The notes: a model not told the origin generated them from the letters alone. A stretch of DNA of 64,000 bases from Clostridia bacterium (GCA_045643205.1 JAZUKI010000010.1:1-64000), one strand, 5' to 3'; numbered from the stretch's first letter, positions 7,775 to 19,201 are shown. A program made the numbers and translations.

Positions 7775-9007
7775 ATGAAAAAACCTGAACTTTTAGCTCC
7801 AGCTGGATCTTTTGAAAAAGCCAAAGCAGCATTTAGATATGGTGCAGATGCAGTTTATTGCGGAACTGGCTCACTTTCACTTAGATCAAGAGCAGAAGTT
7901 GATAATGATGATTTAAAAAAGACTATAGAATTTGCTCATGAACTAGGGAAAAAAGTTTATGTAACTATTAATATATATGCACCTGATGAAGTTTATGGTG
8001 ATATTGAAAAACAAGTTTTAATGTTGAAAGAAATTAAAGCTGATGGAATTTTAGCATCAGATGGAGGAGTTATTGAAAAAATAAAAGAATTAGCTCCTGA
8101 AATTCCTGTACATATTTCAACACAAGCAAATACTCTAAGTGCTCATACAGCAAATTTTTGGTATAAAAATGGCGCAAAAAGAGTTGTTTTATCAAGAGAA
8201 ATGAATAAAAAAGATATTAAGGAAATAATTGAAAATATTCCAGAAGATTTAGAGACAGAAACATTTATACATGGTGCTATTTGTTGGGCATATTCTGGAA
8301 GATGTTATTTAAGCGATTATATGGCTCAAAGAAATGCCAATATTGGTGATTGTGCACAAAGTTGCAGATGGTCGTATAATATGTATCTTGAAGAAGCAAA
8401 TAATCCAGGAAATATTATGCCTATTGAAGAAGATAGCAATGGTACTTATGTTTTATCATCAAAAGATTTATGTTTGATTAAGGAAATTCCTGAACTTTGC
8501 GAAATGGGAGTTACATCATTAAAGATAGAAGGAAGATTAAAATCTGAATATTATGTTGCTTCAATTGTAAATGTTTACAGAAGCGCAATTGATGATTATT
8601 TCAATGATCCAGAACATTATGATTATCAAAAATATATGAATGAAATTGAAAAAATTAGAACAAGAGAATTAACAACATTCTTTTTTAATGATAAGAAAAA
8701 TAAAGATTATCAAGAATTTTCAGGAAAACAATATAATCCAAACTTTGAGTATGGTGGAATGGTAGAAAAATATGATAAAGAAAAAACATTGGTAAGAATT
8801 GGAAACAGACTTAACGTTGGAGATGAAGTTGAATTAATAATTCCTGGTGAAATAAATCCAGTACAATTTAAAATTGAAAAAATGTGGGATAGTGAAACAG
8901 GCGAAGAAGTTGATCATGTAAATCCAGGAAAAATAGGACAAAATGTTTTAATGACAATTCCAGTAGAAGCAAAAGAAGGCTGGTTTATTAGAAGAAAAAG
9001 AAGTTAA
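7775..9007 (+). CDS. U32 family peptidase (TrhP-like tRNA hydroxylation protein)
   Basis: KPELLAPAG, C..YSGRC.LS, C.QSCRW, LKIEGR. Confidence 0.9.
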   Translation: MKKPELLAPAGSFEKAKAAFRYGADAVYCGTGSLSLRSRAEVDNDDLKKTIEFAHELGKKVYVTINIYAPDEVYGDIEKQVLMLKEIKADGILASDGGVIEKIKELAPEIPVHISTQANTLSAHTANFWYKNGAKRVVLSREMNKKDIKEIIENIPEDLETETFIHGAICWAYSGRCYLSDYMAQRNANIGDCAQSCRWSYNMYLEEANNPGNIMPIEEDSNGTYVLSSKDLCLIKEIPELCEMGVTSLKIEGRLKSEYYVASIVNVYRSAIDDYFNDPEHYDYQKYMNEIEKIRTRELTTFFFNDKKNKDYQEFSGKQYNPNFEYGGMVEKYDKEKTLVRIGNRLNVGDEVELIIPGEINPVQFKIEKMWDSETGEEVDHVNPGKIGQNVLMTIPVEAKEGWFIRRKRS

Positions 9008-9092
9008 ATAAAGATTGAAGATGCTTGACTTTAAGAGTTAGCATATGTTAATATTAATAAGTCAATTTGAGACATGAAAGTAGGAGATTATA

Positions 9093-9350
9093 ATGGAAAT
9101 TGCAAGAGATATTTTATTAGTAGTATATATTATTGTATGTATTGTATTGATTTTAGTAACAACTTTTCAAGCAAAAGAAAGTGAAAATGCTGCAGAGGAT
9201 ACTTATGAAAATCCATCAGCAAATAAATATTTTGATAAAAATAAAAGCAGAACAAAAGCAGGAAAAACAAATAAGAGAACTTTAATCTTAGGTGTTGTAT
9301 TTGCTGTTTTAACTATTGCAACATCAATTGTTACATATTTAGCTGCTTAA
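9093..9350 (+). CDS. secG: Preprotein translocase subunit SecG
   Basis: Small two-TM protein immediately upstream of rnr (conserved order). Confidence 0.75.
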   Translation: MEIARDILLVVYIIVCIVLILVTTFQAKESENAAEDTYENPSANKYFDKNKSRTKAGKTNKRTLILGVVFAVLTIATSIVTYLAA

Positions 9351-9366
9351 TTGAAAAGAATTATTA

Positions 9367-9397
9367 GAGAGATGCAAGAATTATTGCATCTCTTTTT
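9367..9397 (+). terminator. Intrinsic terminator after secG
   Basis: agagatgcaa/ttgcatctct followed by T run. Confidence 0.7.
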
Positions 9398-9462
9398 GTT
9401 TATATTTTTAATACAAAACAAGCAATACAACAAACGAAAAATTAAATTAAATGGAGATATAA

Positions 9463-11454
9463 ATGGAATTTTTTGAAGGAAAATATATCAACAAAGAAAG
9501 AGGCTTTGGATTCGTTCAAATAGAAGGAAAAGAGAAAGATATTTTTATTGGTCCAAGAAATAAAAAAGGAGCAATGAATAATGATATTGTTCAAGTAAAA
9601 GTTTTCAAAACTTCAAAAGGAGAGAGTCCAGAGGGAAGAATTATAAAGATTATAAAAAGATGTACTAATGAGATAGTTGGTACATTTATTAAAAGTCGCA
9701 ATTTTGGATTTGTAGTACCAGATGATAAATCTTTAGGTGGAGATATTTTCATATCAAAAGCACATTGGAAAAAAGCAAAAACAAATCAAAAAGTAGTAGT
9801 AGAAATTACAAAATATCCAGAAAATAAAAAGAAAGCAGAAGGCATAATAAAAGAAGTTTTAGGATACATTGATGAAACTGGTGTTGATATACTTTCAATT
9901 GTTAAAGAATTTAAACTAGAAAATGAATTTCCTAAAGAAGTACTTGATGAAGCAATAAAAGTTTCAAAAGAAGAAATTTCATTAGAAAATAGAATAGATT
10001 TACGTGGAAAAGAAATATTTACTATTGATGGTGAGAGTGCAAAGGATTTAGACGATGCAGTGTTTGTTGAAAAAAATGACGATGATACATGGACATTAGG
10101 AGTATGCATTGCAGATGTAAGCCATTATGTAAAAGAAGGAAGTGTATTAAATCAAAATGCAATTTTAAGAGGAACTAGTGTTTATATGTTAGACAGAGTA
10201 ATTCCAATGCTTCCAAAAGAACTATCAAATGGAATATGCAGTCTTAATCAAAATAGAGACAGATATTCACTTGCATGCATTATGAAAATAGATAATAACG
10301 GAAAAGTTATAGACAGCGAAGTTAAGAAAGCTGTCATAAATGTTACTAGAAGAATGAGTTATCACGAAGTCTATGCAATTATTAATAGAGATAATTTAAA
10401 AGTTATAGAGAATAGTGATTTGAAGGAATCTGATTTAGAAAAAATTAATAGAGATAAAGTTTTATTAAAAAATATTGATTCTAAATATTATAATCACTTT
10501 GATAGAATGGCAGAACTTGCTCAAATTTTAAAAGATAGAAGAGTTAAAAATGGATACTTATCTTTAGATATTCCAGAAACAGAGATTATTCTTGATGAAA
10601 GCGGAAAACCTATAGATATAAGACCTTATGAAATAAATTTTGCAAATGAAATAATTGAACAATTTATGCTAACAGCAAATGAAACAATTGCTGAAAAATT
10701 TTATTGGTTGGAAGCACCATTTATTTATAGAGTACATGAAAAACCAAGTGAAGAAAAAATAGATGAATTAAATAAATTTTTATACACACTTGGATATAAA
10801 GTAAAAGGTAAAAAGGATGATGTTCAGCCAAAAGCATTTGCAGAGATATTAGATGAAGTTAAAGGCAAAGATGAAGAAAAAGTTGTTTCAAACTTAATTT
10901 TAAGAACATTGAAAATTGCTAAGTATGAAGCGGAGAATAAAGGACATTTTGGTATTGCTAGTAAATATTATTGTCATTTTACATCTCCAATTAGAAGATA
11001 TCCAGATTTATTTATACACAGAGTTATAAGTAAATATATTGATATGAATAATGATGTTACTGAAAAATTCAAAGAAAAGTATCAAAAACAAGCAGAAAAA
11101 TATTCTATTAGATCTTCAGAATGTGAACAAATTGCAACTAAGGCTGAGAGAGAAAGTGAAGATATGAAAAAAGCAGAGTTTATGGAAACAAAAATTGGAG
11201 AAAAATTTGAAGGAATTGTTTCTAATGTAACAAATTTCGGAATGTTTGTTGAGTTACCAAGTACAATTGAAGGATTAGTTCGTTTTGAAAATATGAGCAA
11301 AGAAAAGAATGGATATTTTATTTGTAATGAAGCTGAAAAAACACTTCAAAATAATGTTACAGGAAAAACTTATAAAATAGGGCAAAAAGTGAATGTAAGA
11401 GTTATTGAAGCTAGCAAAATATTACGAAAAATTAATTTTGAAATTGTTGAATAA
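9463..11454 (+). CDS. rnr: Ribonuclease R
   Basis: TIDGESAKDLDDA, HFTSPIRRYPDL, C-terminal S1 domain. Confidence 0.93.
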   Translation: MEFFEGKYINKERGFGFVQIEGKEKDIFIGPRNKKGAMNNDIVQVKVFKTSKGESPEGRIIKIIKRCTNEIVGTFIKSRNFGFVVPDDKSLGGDIFISKAHWKKAKTNQKVVVEITKYPENKKKAEGIIKEVLGYIDETGVDILSIVKEFKLENEFPKEVLDEAIKVSKEEISLENRIDLRGKEIFTIDGESAKDLDDAVFVEKNDDDTWTLGVCIADVSHYVKEGSVLNQNAILRGTSVYMLDRVIPMLPKELSNGICSLNQNRDRYSLACIMKIDNNGKVIDSEVKKAVINVTRRMSYHEVYAIINRDNLKVIENSDLKESDLEKINRDKVLLKNIDSKYYNHFDRMAELAQILKDRRVKNGYLSLDIPETEIILDESGKPIDIRPYEINFANEIIEQFMLTANETIAEKFYWLEAPFIYRVHEKPSEEKIDELNKFLYTLGYKVKGKKDDVQPKAFAEILDEVKGKDEEKVVSNLILRTLKIAKYEAENKGHFGIASKYYCHFTSPIRRYPDLFIHRVISKYIDMNNDVTEKFKEKYQKQAEKYSIRSSECEQIATKAERESEDMKKAEFMETKIGEKFEGIVSNVTNFGMFVELPSTIEGLVRFENMSKEKNGYFICNEAEKTLQNNVTGKTYKIGQKVNVRVIEASKILRKINFEIVE

Positions 11455-11519
11455 TAAAGGCTGCTTTGATATGATAAAAGTACCTATTTTTAGGATTTTT
11501 AACGAAAGGCAAATAGTAA

Positions 11520-14228
11520 ATGAGAATACAAAACTTAGCAGTAATTTTTGTTATTATAATGTTACCAATCACGTTAGTTTTGCAAGCTTATATTCGCAAT
11601 CTGACAAATGTTACTAACATAGAAGCAAGATATAATGAGATTCTTATGAGTTCTACATATGATGCTGTTAGAGCTTATCAAATGAATACTATTAACAATG
11701 ATTATAGTGGTGTAAATACTTCTAGACAAAGAGATGTTAAAGCTTCTGTAAATTCGTTCTTTAATAGTTTAGCTACAGGATTACACAAAAGTGGTTCTAC
11801 AAAAGCATCATTAAATGAATATGTACCAGCTCTTATGTTTAATTTATATGATGGTTTCTATGTTTATGGACCATATAACAATGTTGCCACAGTTGATTCT
11901 GATAATGATGGTGATGGAATAAAAGATACAACAGCTAAGGATGAAGACAAAATAGATAATAAAAGACCATTCTTTAATGAGAATGTTGTAAATACTGAAA
12001 ATACTGTTTACGGTGTTAAACCATTTACATATTATTCTTGTGAATATGCAGAAGAAAATAAGTATGATATTACAATAAACTATACACTAGATAATTATAT
12101 TGCTGTTTCTGGATATGTTAATGGTGAGCAAATTTCAGGAGCCGGCTATTATATAAATGGTGATAAAACAGAGGTTGTCGGAACTGTTACAGAGTTTTTA
12201 AATAATTCACTAAATGAAGAAAATGCTGCTAATGGCAAAGGAAAAACAGTTAAAAATTCTGCTGGAGTTAGAATTAAAGCAGAAACATTAGGTGAGTATA
12301 TTTCGTTCTACGATAGAATTAATATAAAAGATGAAAATGGTCTTAGCAAAATTGTTAATGACATGAATGGCGCAGTGTATGCAAGATATTACAAATATAT
12401 AAATTATAATAATACAAAATATTATTTTGATGATTGTGTAAATACAGCAAATACAACTTACAATGCAAATACTCCACCAATATTTACTTTAACAAATCAT
12501 TGTAGAAACTATATTTCACTTGATCAATTAATTAGTTTAGCTAATTATGAAGGTTGGACAAGAGATGTTAACAATAACCAAGGTGATATAGTTTCAAAAG
12601 ATGAATCTTACCAAGTAGCAAAAGAATTTTCTAATGCAATTAAGACAAATAGCAATTGGGCTAATAAATATTTTAAGGATGTAAACCCTTATTATTACTA
12701 TAAAAAAGCAGTTAATTTTTCAAATAAAATGTATGATTACTTAAAATTAATTGATTTAAGTAACTTAAAAGTTATTAAAAACAATTCTTTCAATGAAAAA
12801 TATGAAATGGTAGTTAGAACAGGCGAAAAGGTTTCAAATGATTCTTATACAATTTCAAATTATAGAACAAAGAAAATATTTGATTATAAAGATAGTACTA
12901 ATGATCCTGAATTAGATGCATCATCATTTAATGCACATAGAATGGATGTAATAGCAAAAACAATAGAATCATCATTAATAAAAACGGTATCAAGTTTAAA
13001 TGATTATTATGGCTCAAATTCATATATTTATGAAATGCCTACAATTTCTATGGAAGACTGGCATTCAATAACTAATGGGGTTACAGTAGCAGCATTTATG
13101 CAAGGTATTCCTGTTGGAAATTATAAGTTCTTCAATAATTATTGCATTATAGGAAATACAACAAATAAAGAGTTTGTTTCAAAGGATGCAATTTATATTC
13201 AACCAAAAGTTGGTGAAAACAATGTAAATATGAATAATGGTGGTGTAGAAATTTATCAAGATAGTACTGAGAGAAGCTTTTATAAAAAGCTATCATATAT
13301 GAATTTCCCAACAGTATATAGTAGTCAAGGTTTAGGATATAACCTAAATGATCCAACAAAAATAGTTACGCAACATAGTCCAAAGTGTGGAGAAATAGTT
13401 AAGTCTAAAGATACAGATTTCATAGCATATAGAAGAAATGATTATTTAATAGAGTCATATGAACATACTTATCAAGATTATAGAATTGGCTTACCTTATG
13501 GCATTAAAAATGGTGGAACAGTAACAACAGGTGGTGTAAGTGGTAAAGTATTAAATGATGGATGTAACTTATTAGATAATGCAACGGGTGAAACTTATTG
13601 GACAGAAAATATTATGAAAGTTACTGGTGGACCTTATTCTAGTGATGGAATGTGGTACTATGATACAAATGGAGTATTTGTATCAAAAGGATATGATAGA
13701 AATAAAACATATCAAAAGAACTTTGCTAGAGCACTAGGATTTGATGATTCATATAGAGATGGATTATATAAAACATTTACACAACAAATAAATTATTATC
13801 CACAATATGGATCAAACGCATATGAATGTATCGTTTCTCATAATGGAGATAAATATACATATGATCAAATTTTATCATGCGATTATGCAAGTGCAGGAGT
13901 TACAGATTCTGTTGAAATAGAGAAATTTAAAAATATTAGTGCTGCATATGCAACATGTTTAGCAAGAGAAAAAGAAGCTCAATACAAGAACTTAGACACA
14001 ATGAATTATCATAGAATATATATGTGTGATAAAGATGGAACAGTATTATCTATTGCAACAAGAGAAGCAGGAGAAGAGGTTGGAATAATTGCATTTAAGG
14101 GAAAAGGCAACCAATACTGGAATTTCAAGGGAAAAACAGAAAAAATTAGCACTAATTATACTATGCCATATCATGATATATATCTAGAATATAATCAAAA
14201 TGATGCAAAAGTCGTATTTGGCAAATAA
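11520..14228 (+). CDS. Large membrane-anchored extracellular hypothetical protein (902 aa)
   Basis: Long ORF, N-terminal hydrophobic helix, N/Y-rich body; no family recognised with confidence. Confidence 0.75.
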   Translation: MRIQNLAVIFVIIMLPITLVLQAYIRNLTNVTNIEARYNEILMSSTYDAVRAYQMNTINNDYSGVNTSRQRDVKASVNSFFNSLATGLHKSGSTKASLNEYVPALMFNLYDGFYVYGPYNNVATVDSDNDGDGIKDTTAKDEDKIDNKRPFFNENVVNTENTVYGVKPFTYYSCEYAEENKYDITINYTLDNYIAVSGYVNGEQISGAGYYINGDKTEVVGTVTEFLNNSLNEENAANGKGKTVKNSAGVRIKAETLGEYISFYDRINIKDENGLSKIVNDMNGAVYARYYKYINYNNTKYYFDDCVNTANTTYNANTPPIFTLTNHCRNYISLDQLISLANYEGWTRDVNNNQGDIVSKDESYQVAKEFSNAIKTNSNWANKYFKDVNPYYYYKKAVNFSNKMYDYLKLIDLSNLKVIKNNSFNEKYEMVVRTGEKVSNDSYTISNYRTKKIFDYKDSTNDPELDASSFNAHRMDVIAKTIESSLIKTVSSLNDYYGSNSYIYEMPTISMEDWHSITNGVTVAAFMQGIPVGNYKFFNNYCIIGNTTNKEFVSKDAIYIQPKVGENNVNMNNGGVEIYQDSTERSFYKKLSYMNFPTVYSSQGLGYNLNDPTKIVTQHSPKCGEIVKSKDTDFIAYRRNDYLIESYEHTYQDYRIGLPYGIKNGGTVTTGGVSGKVLNDGCNLLDNATGETYWTENIMKVTGGPYSSDGMWYYDTNGVFVSKGYDRNKTYQKNFARALGFDDSYRDGLYKTFTQQINYYPQYGSNAYECIVSHNGDKYTYDQILSCDYASAGVTDSVEIEKFKNISAAYATCLAREKEAQYKNLDTMNYHRIYMCDKDGTVLSIATREAGEEVGIIAFKGKGNQYWNFKGKTEKISTNYTMPYHDIYLEYNQNDAKVVFGK

Positions 14229-14242
14229 TTATTAGATAAATA

Positions 14243-14272
14243 TTGACAAAAAAGCCATATTGATTGTATAAT
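14243..14272 (+). promoter_or_regulatory. Sigma-A promoter of rpmF-rpmE
   Basis: TTGACA-18-TATAAT. Confidence 0.7.
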
Positions 14273-14337
14273 ATCAAGGTGACTTTTAAGAATTATTATG
14301 TAAATTCTAAAATAGATTAACATAGGGAGGGAGAAAA

Positions 14338-14520
14338 ATGGCACAACCAAAAAGAAGATGGTCTAAACAAAGAACTCATACAAAAAGATCAACTTGGAAA
14401 TTAGATAAACAAAATCTAGTTGAGTGCCCACATTGCCATAAACTTATGCAACAACATAGAGTTTGCCCAAGTTGTGGATATTATGATGGAACTGAAGTTA
14501 TTTCAATGAAAGCTGAATAA
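14338..14520 (+). CDS. rpmF: 50S ribosomal protein L32
   Basis: MAQPKRR.SK, CPHC...HRVCPSCGYY. Confidence 0.95.
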   Translation: MAQPKRRWSKQRTHTKRSTWKLDKQNLVECPHCHKLMQQHRVCPSCGYYDGTEVISMKAE

Positions 14521-14589
14521 TTTGTTTTAAACCGAATAATTTAATTTAACGAAACGAAGCGTTAATAACAGAAAGAAGGAGGTAGTAAC

Positions 14590-14787
14590 ATGAAAGAAGG
14601 AATACATCCAGAATATCATGAAGCCACAATTACTTGTGCTTGCGGAAATGTTTTTAAGACAAACTCAACAAAAGGAGATATGAAAGTTGATGTTTGCTCA
14701 AATTGCCATCCATTTTGGACAGGAAATTTAAGAAAAGAAAACAAAGGTGGAAAAGCCGCAAAGTTCAAAGAAAAATATGGAATTTAA
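14590..14787 (+). CDS. rpmE: 50S ribosomal protein L31
   Basis: MKEGIHPEY, CACG, CSNCHPFWTG. Confidence 0.95.
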   Translation: MKEGIHPEYHEATITCACGNVFKTNSTKGDMKVDVCSNCHPFWTGNLRKENKGGKAAKFKEKYGI

Positions 14788-14797
14788 TTATTAATAT

Positions 14798-14829
14798 AAA
14801 GGCTCTGTACATACCGTACGGAGCTTTTT
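14798..14829 (+). terminator. Intrinsic terminator after rpmE
   Basis: ggctctgtac/gtacggagct followed by T run. Confidence 0.7.
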
Positions 14830-14934
14830 GTTTTATATAAAAAATGTAAAAAACCCTGATTTACATATAAAAAAGGCAGAAGAATTATTAAAGAATAAGA
14901 AATTGTAAAAACAAAACTAAAAAGGAATTTATTT

Positions 14935-16371
14935 ATGAATATTGATTTAACTGAAACTTATCAAAAAGTTAAAGAATTAAATAAAAAGAATGGTAAGATA
15001 GATCCTAAGTTTATTATTTATACTATGGGTTGCCAACAAAACGAAAATGATTCAGAAAAAATAGCAGGAATGCTTAAAAATTCTGGATATAGTAAGGCAG
15101 AAGATGCATCAACTGCAGATGTTATTGTTTTTAATACATGTTGTGTGAGAGAAAATGCTGAAAATGCTCTACTTGGAAAACTTGGAGAAGTTAAGAAGTA
15201 TAAAGAAGAAAAAGGCACTATTATTGCTATTGGCGGATGTATGATGCAAGAAAAAAATATGGTTGAAAAAATCAATAAGAGTTATCCTTTTGTTGATATT
15301 ATTTTTGGAACTCATACATTAGAAAATTTATTAAATGATTTAGTTAGCACTATTTCTGAAAATAAAAAAATTGAAGATGTTATTGATGTTGACGGAGAAG
15401 TTTACGAAGGAATCCCAGTAGATAGAGAGGATAAAGTAAAAGCTTCAGTTACTATTATGAAGGGATGCAATAATTTTTGTACATTTTGCATTGTTCCATA
15501 TGTTCGTGGAAGAGAAAGAAGTAGAAAGCCACAAGATATTATAAATGAAGTAGAATGCTTAGCAAAACAAGGATACAAAGAGATAATGCTTTTAGGCCAA
15601 AATGTAAATTCTTATTTAGTTAGTGAAAAGAAACAAAATCAAGATTTAAGATTTGATGTAATTGTTGAAAATGAGCAAATTGTAGTTAATTCATTTGCAA
15701 CATTATTACGAGCTTTAAATAAAATTAATGGAATAGAAAATATCAGATTTATTTCACCACATCCAAGAGATTTCACAGATGATGTTATTGATGCAATTGC
15801 TGATTGTGATAAAGTTTGCAATCTAATACATTTTCCTTTGCAATCAGGAAGCACTAATATTTTAAAAGTTATGAATAGAAATCATACAAAGGAACAATAC
15901 TTAGAAAGAGTTGAAAAAATCAAAACAAAAGTTCCAGATATGTGTTTAACAACAGATATTATTGTTGGTTTCCCTGGTGAAACAGAAGAAGATTTTAAGG
16001 ATACATTAGATGTTGTAAGAAAAGTTAAGTTTGAACAAATATTCATGTTTATTTATTCAAGAAGAGTTGGAACTCCGGCAGATAGAATGGAAAACCAAGT
16101 TCCAGAAGAGGTTAAACATGAAAGATTCGATAGATTAAAAAAATTATATGAAGAACAAGTTAAAGAAAGAAATCAAGAATATATTGGTAAAACTTTCCAA
16201 GTTTTAGTTGAAGGAAAGAGCAAAAATAACGAAAAAATGTTAACCGGAAGAACTTATTCAAATAGAGTTTTAATTTTCGAAGGAAGTGAAGACTTAATAG
16301 GTCAAACAGTACCTATAAAAATAGAAGAAGATCACTTATGGTATTTACAAGGAAAAGTTGATAAAATCTAA
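14935..16371 (+). CDS. miaB: tRNA-2-methylthio-N6-dimethylallyladenosine synthase MiaB
   Basis: GCQQN..DSE, NTC.VRE, CNNFCTFC radical SAM motif, TRAM domain. Confidence 0.93.
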   Translation: MNIDLTETYQKVKELNKKNGKIDPKFIIYTMGCQQNENDSEKIAGMLKNSGYSKAEDASTADVIVFNTCCVRENAENALLGKLGEVKKYKEEKGTIIAIGGCMMQEKNMVEKINKSYPFVDIIFGTHTLENLLNDLVSTISENKKIEDVIDVDGEVYEGIPVDREDKVKASVTIMKGCNNFCTFCIVPYVRGRERSRKPQDIINEVECLAKQGYKEIMLLGQNVNSYLVSEKKQNQDLRFDVIVENEQIVVNSFATLLRALNKINGIENIRFISPHPRDFTDDVIDAIADCDKVCNLIHFPLQSGSTNILKVMNRNHTKEQYLERVEKIKTKVPDMCLTTDIIVGFPGETEEDFKDTLDVVRKVKFEQIFMFIYSRRVGTPADRMENQVPEEVKHERFDRLKKLYEEQVKERNQEYIGKTFQVLVEGKSKNNEKMLTGRTYSNRVLIFEGSEDLIGQTVPIKIEEDHLWYLQGKVDKI

Positions 16372-16411
16372 AAAATATTATAAGATAAGTTCACGAAAGC
16401 GGAGGAAAAAA

Positions 16412-19201
16412 ATGGCGGAAAGTGAGATGCAAGAGGCTGCAAAAAAAGCTCTTGAAAGAGTAAATAATATAGATACATATTCACCAATGATGCAAAACTA
16501 CATTGAAACAAAGTCAAAATATGCAGATTGTATTTTATGCTACAGATTAGGTGACTTTTTTGAGATGTTTTTTGAAGATGCAATTTTAGTTTCACGTGAG
16601 CTTGAACTTACATTAACAGGTAAAGATTGTGGACAAGAACAACGTGCTCCAATGTGCGGAATTCCACATCATGCGCTTGATTCATACTGCAATAGATTAG
16701 TTGAAAGGGGATACAAAGTTGCTATTTGTGAGCAATTAGAAGATCCACGTGCTGTTAAAGGTATAGTAAAACGTGATGTAATAAAAGTTATTACTCCAGG
16801 AACTATTGTTGAAGGAAACTTACTTGAAGAAAAGAAAAATAATTTTATAATGTCAGTTTATAAAGAAGGAATGTTTTTTGGAATTGGAGTTTGCGATATT
16901 TCAACTGGTGATTTCTTTGTAACAGAGCTAAAAGAAGATAATAATTTTTCAAAATTATTAGATGAAATTTCTAGATATCAGCCATCAGAAATTATTATTA
17001 ATAAAATGATGTCTGAATCTGAAGAAGAAATGAAGATTATTAAACAACGTTTTGATACATATATTTCAGTAGAAGGGGAAAAGGCTGAAGAGGTTGATAC
17101 AAGCGAAAAAGCAATTTTAACTGATGATGAAGGTGTTGTACAAAATGTTGGAAAAGATGCATATAGAATTGAAAAAGCAAATAAAATGATTTGGAGAACA
17201 TCAGATCAATTAACATTTTCAAATGATGTTAAGAACATTATTAACAGCTTTATTGTAGTTGATAAGAATGATGAAAATGTTGATATTAAGAAAAAACTAT
17301 TTGCAATTTGTGCAATTAATGGTGTTATGAATTACATTCAATCAACACAAAAACAAATTCCACAAAACTTAAATAGAATTATTTATTATGAACCAACAAA
17401 GTACATGTCACTTGATATTTCATGTAGAAGAAACTTAGAAATTACAGAAAAACTTCGTGACAAAACTAAAAAAGGAACACTACTTTGGGTTCTTGATAAA
17501 ACTCACACATCAATGGGTGGAAGACTTTTAAGAAGATGGGTTAGTGATCCATTAATAGATGTTAATGATATTAATTTAAGATTAAATGCAGTTAAAGAAT
17601 TAAAAGAAGATATTATTCTAAGAGATGATGCTGTTGAAAAACTAAATAGAGTTTATGATATTGAAAGACTTGCTGGAAAAATTTCTTATGGTACAGCAAA
17701 TGCTCGTGATTTGATTTCATTGAAGAATTCAATTTCACAATTACCAAGATTAAAAGTAATGCTTTCAAAAGCAAAATCTCAATTACTCAAAAATTTATAT
17801 GAGTCATTAGATACACTTGATGATGTGTTTGAATTAATTGATAAATCAATTGTTGATGATCCACCTCTAACAGTTAAAGAAGCTGGATTAATCAAAAAAG
17901 GATATAACCCTGTAGTAGATGAATTAATTGATTTAACAACTAATGGACAACGATGGCTTGCAAATATTGAAACTAAGGAAAAAGAATTAACTGGAATTAA
18001 AAATTTAAAAGTAAGTTACAATAAAGTTTTTGGATATTTCATTGAAGTATCAAAAGGAAATATTGGCTTAGTTCCTCAAGATAGATATATTAGAAAACAA
18101 ACATTAACAACAGGTGAAAGATATATAACAGAAGAATTGAAAAATATGGAGAATCAAATTATTGGTGCTCAAGAAAAAATAGTTAACATTGAATATGATG
18201 AATTTGTTAAGATTAGAGATCAAGTTGAAGAAAATTCAAAGAGATTACAAATTGCTGCAAACATTGTTTCAAAGATTGACTGTTTATGCTCATTAGCACA
18301 AGTAGCTGATGATATGAATTATTGTATGCCAATAGTTGATAATTCAGAAACAATTGAAATAAAAGAGGGCAGACATCCGGTTATTGAAAAGATTTTACCA
18401 ACAGGTTCATTTGTTGGTAATGATGTATTTATGGATACAGATAGTAATAGTTTAAATATTATTACAGGTCCTAATATGGCAGGTAAATCAACATATATGA
18501 GACAGGTTGCATTAATAACATTGATGGCACAAATCGGAAGTTTTGTACCAGCAACAAGTGCACATATTGGGGTTGTAGATAAAATATTTACAAGAGTTGG
18601 AGCTTCAGACGATTTAGCTATGGGTGAAAGTACATTCATGGTTGAAATGATGGAAGTTGCGACAATTTTAAAAAATGCTACAAAGAAAAGCTTAGTAATA
18701 CTTGATGAAATAGGTAGAGGAACATCTACTTATGATGGAATGGCTATTGCTTGGGCAGTTGCTGAATATATTGCTGGAGTTCGCACAAAAGCACTATTTG
18801 CAACACATTATCATGAATTGGTTGAACTTGAAAATAAAATAGAAAATGTTAAAAATTACCATATTTCAGTAAAAGAAAAAGGCGAAGATATCATTTTCTT
18901 AAGAAAAATTGTTGAAGGCGGAACTGATGAAAGTTATGGTGTTCACGTTGCAAAACTTGCTGGAGTACCAAAAGATGTAACTAAAAGAGCAGATGATATT
19001 TTAAAAACATTTGAAAAGAAAAGTTTAATTAGTGGTACAAAGCAAACAATGTCTGAAAAGGCAGAAGAACAAGGACAATTAAGCATGTACAATTATAAAT
19101 TAGCTGAACTTGCACATGAACTAGATCAAGTTAAATTAGATGAAATTACACCAATTGATGCTTTAAATATACTTTCAAAAATGAAAGATAAAATGAAATA
19201 A
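16412..19201 (+). CDS. mutS: DNA mismatch repair protein MutS
   Basis: PMMQ, GDFFEMF, TGPNMAGKST, DEIGRGTST; start reassigned to the ATG after ggagg. Confidence 0.95.
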   Translation: MAESEMQEAAKKALERVNNIDTYSPMMQNYIETKSKYADCILCYRLGDFFEMFFEDAILVSRELELTLTGKDCGQEQRAPMCGIPHHALDSYCNRLVERGYKVAICEQLEDPRAVKGIVKRDVIKVITPGTIVEGNLLEEKKNNFIMSVYKEGMFFGIGVCDISTGDFFVTELKEDNNFSKLLDEISRYQPSEIIINKMMSESEEEMKIIKQRFDTYISVEGEKAEEVDTSEKAILTDDEGVVQNVGKDAYRIEKANKMIWRTSDQLTFSNDVKNIINSFIVVDKNDENVDIKKKLFAICAINGVMNYIQSTQKQIPQNLNRIIYYEPTKYMSLDISCRRNLEITEKLRDKTKKGTLLWVLDKTHTSMGGRLLRRWVSDPLIDVNDINLRLNAVKELKEDIILRDDAVEKLNRVYDIERLAGKISYGTANARDLISLKNSISQLPRLKVMLSKAKSQLLKNLYESLDTLDDVFELIDKSIVDDPPLTVKEAGLIKKGYNPVVDELIDLTTNGQRWLANIETKEKELTGIKNLKVSYNKVFGYFIEVSKGNIGLVPQDRYIRKQTLTTGERYITEELKNMENQIIGAQEKIVNIEYDEFVKIRDQVEENSKRLQIAANIVSKIDCLCSLAQVADDMNYCMPIVDNSETIEIKEGRHPVIEKILPTGSFVGNDVFMDTDSNSLNIITGPNMAGKSTYMRQVALITLMAQIGSFVPATSAHIGVVDKIFTRVGASDDLAMGESTFMVEMMEVATILKNATKKSLVILDEIGRGTSTYDGMAIAWAVAEYIAGVRTKALFATHYHELVELENKIENVKNYHISVKEKGEDIIFLRKIVEGGTDESYGVHVAKLAGVPKDVTKRADDILKTFEKKSLISGTKQTMSEKAEEQGQLSMYNYKLAELAHELDQVKLDEITPIDALNILSKMKDKMK

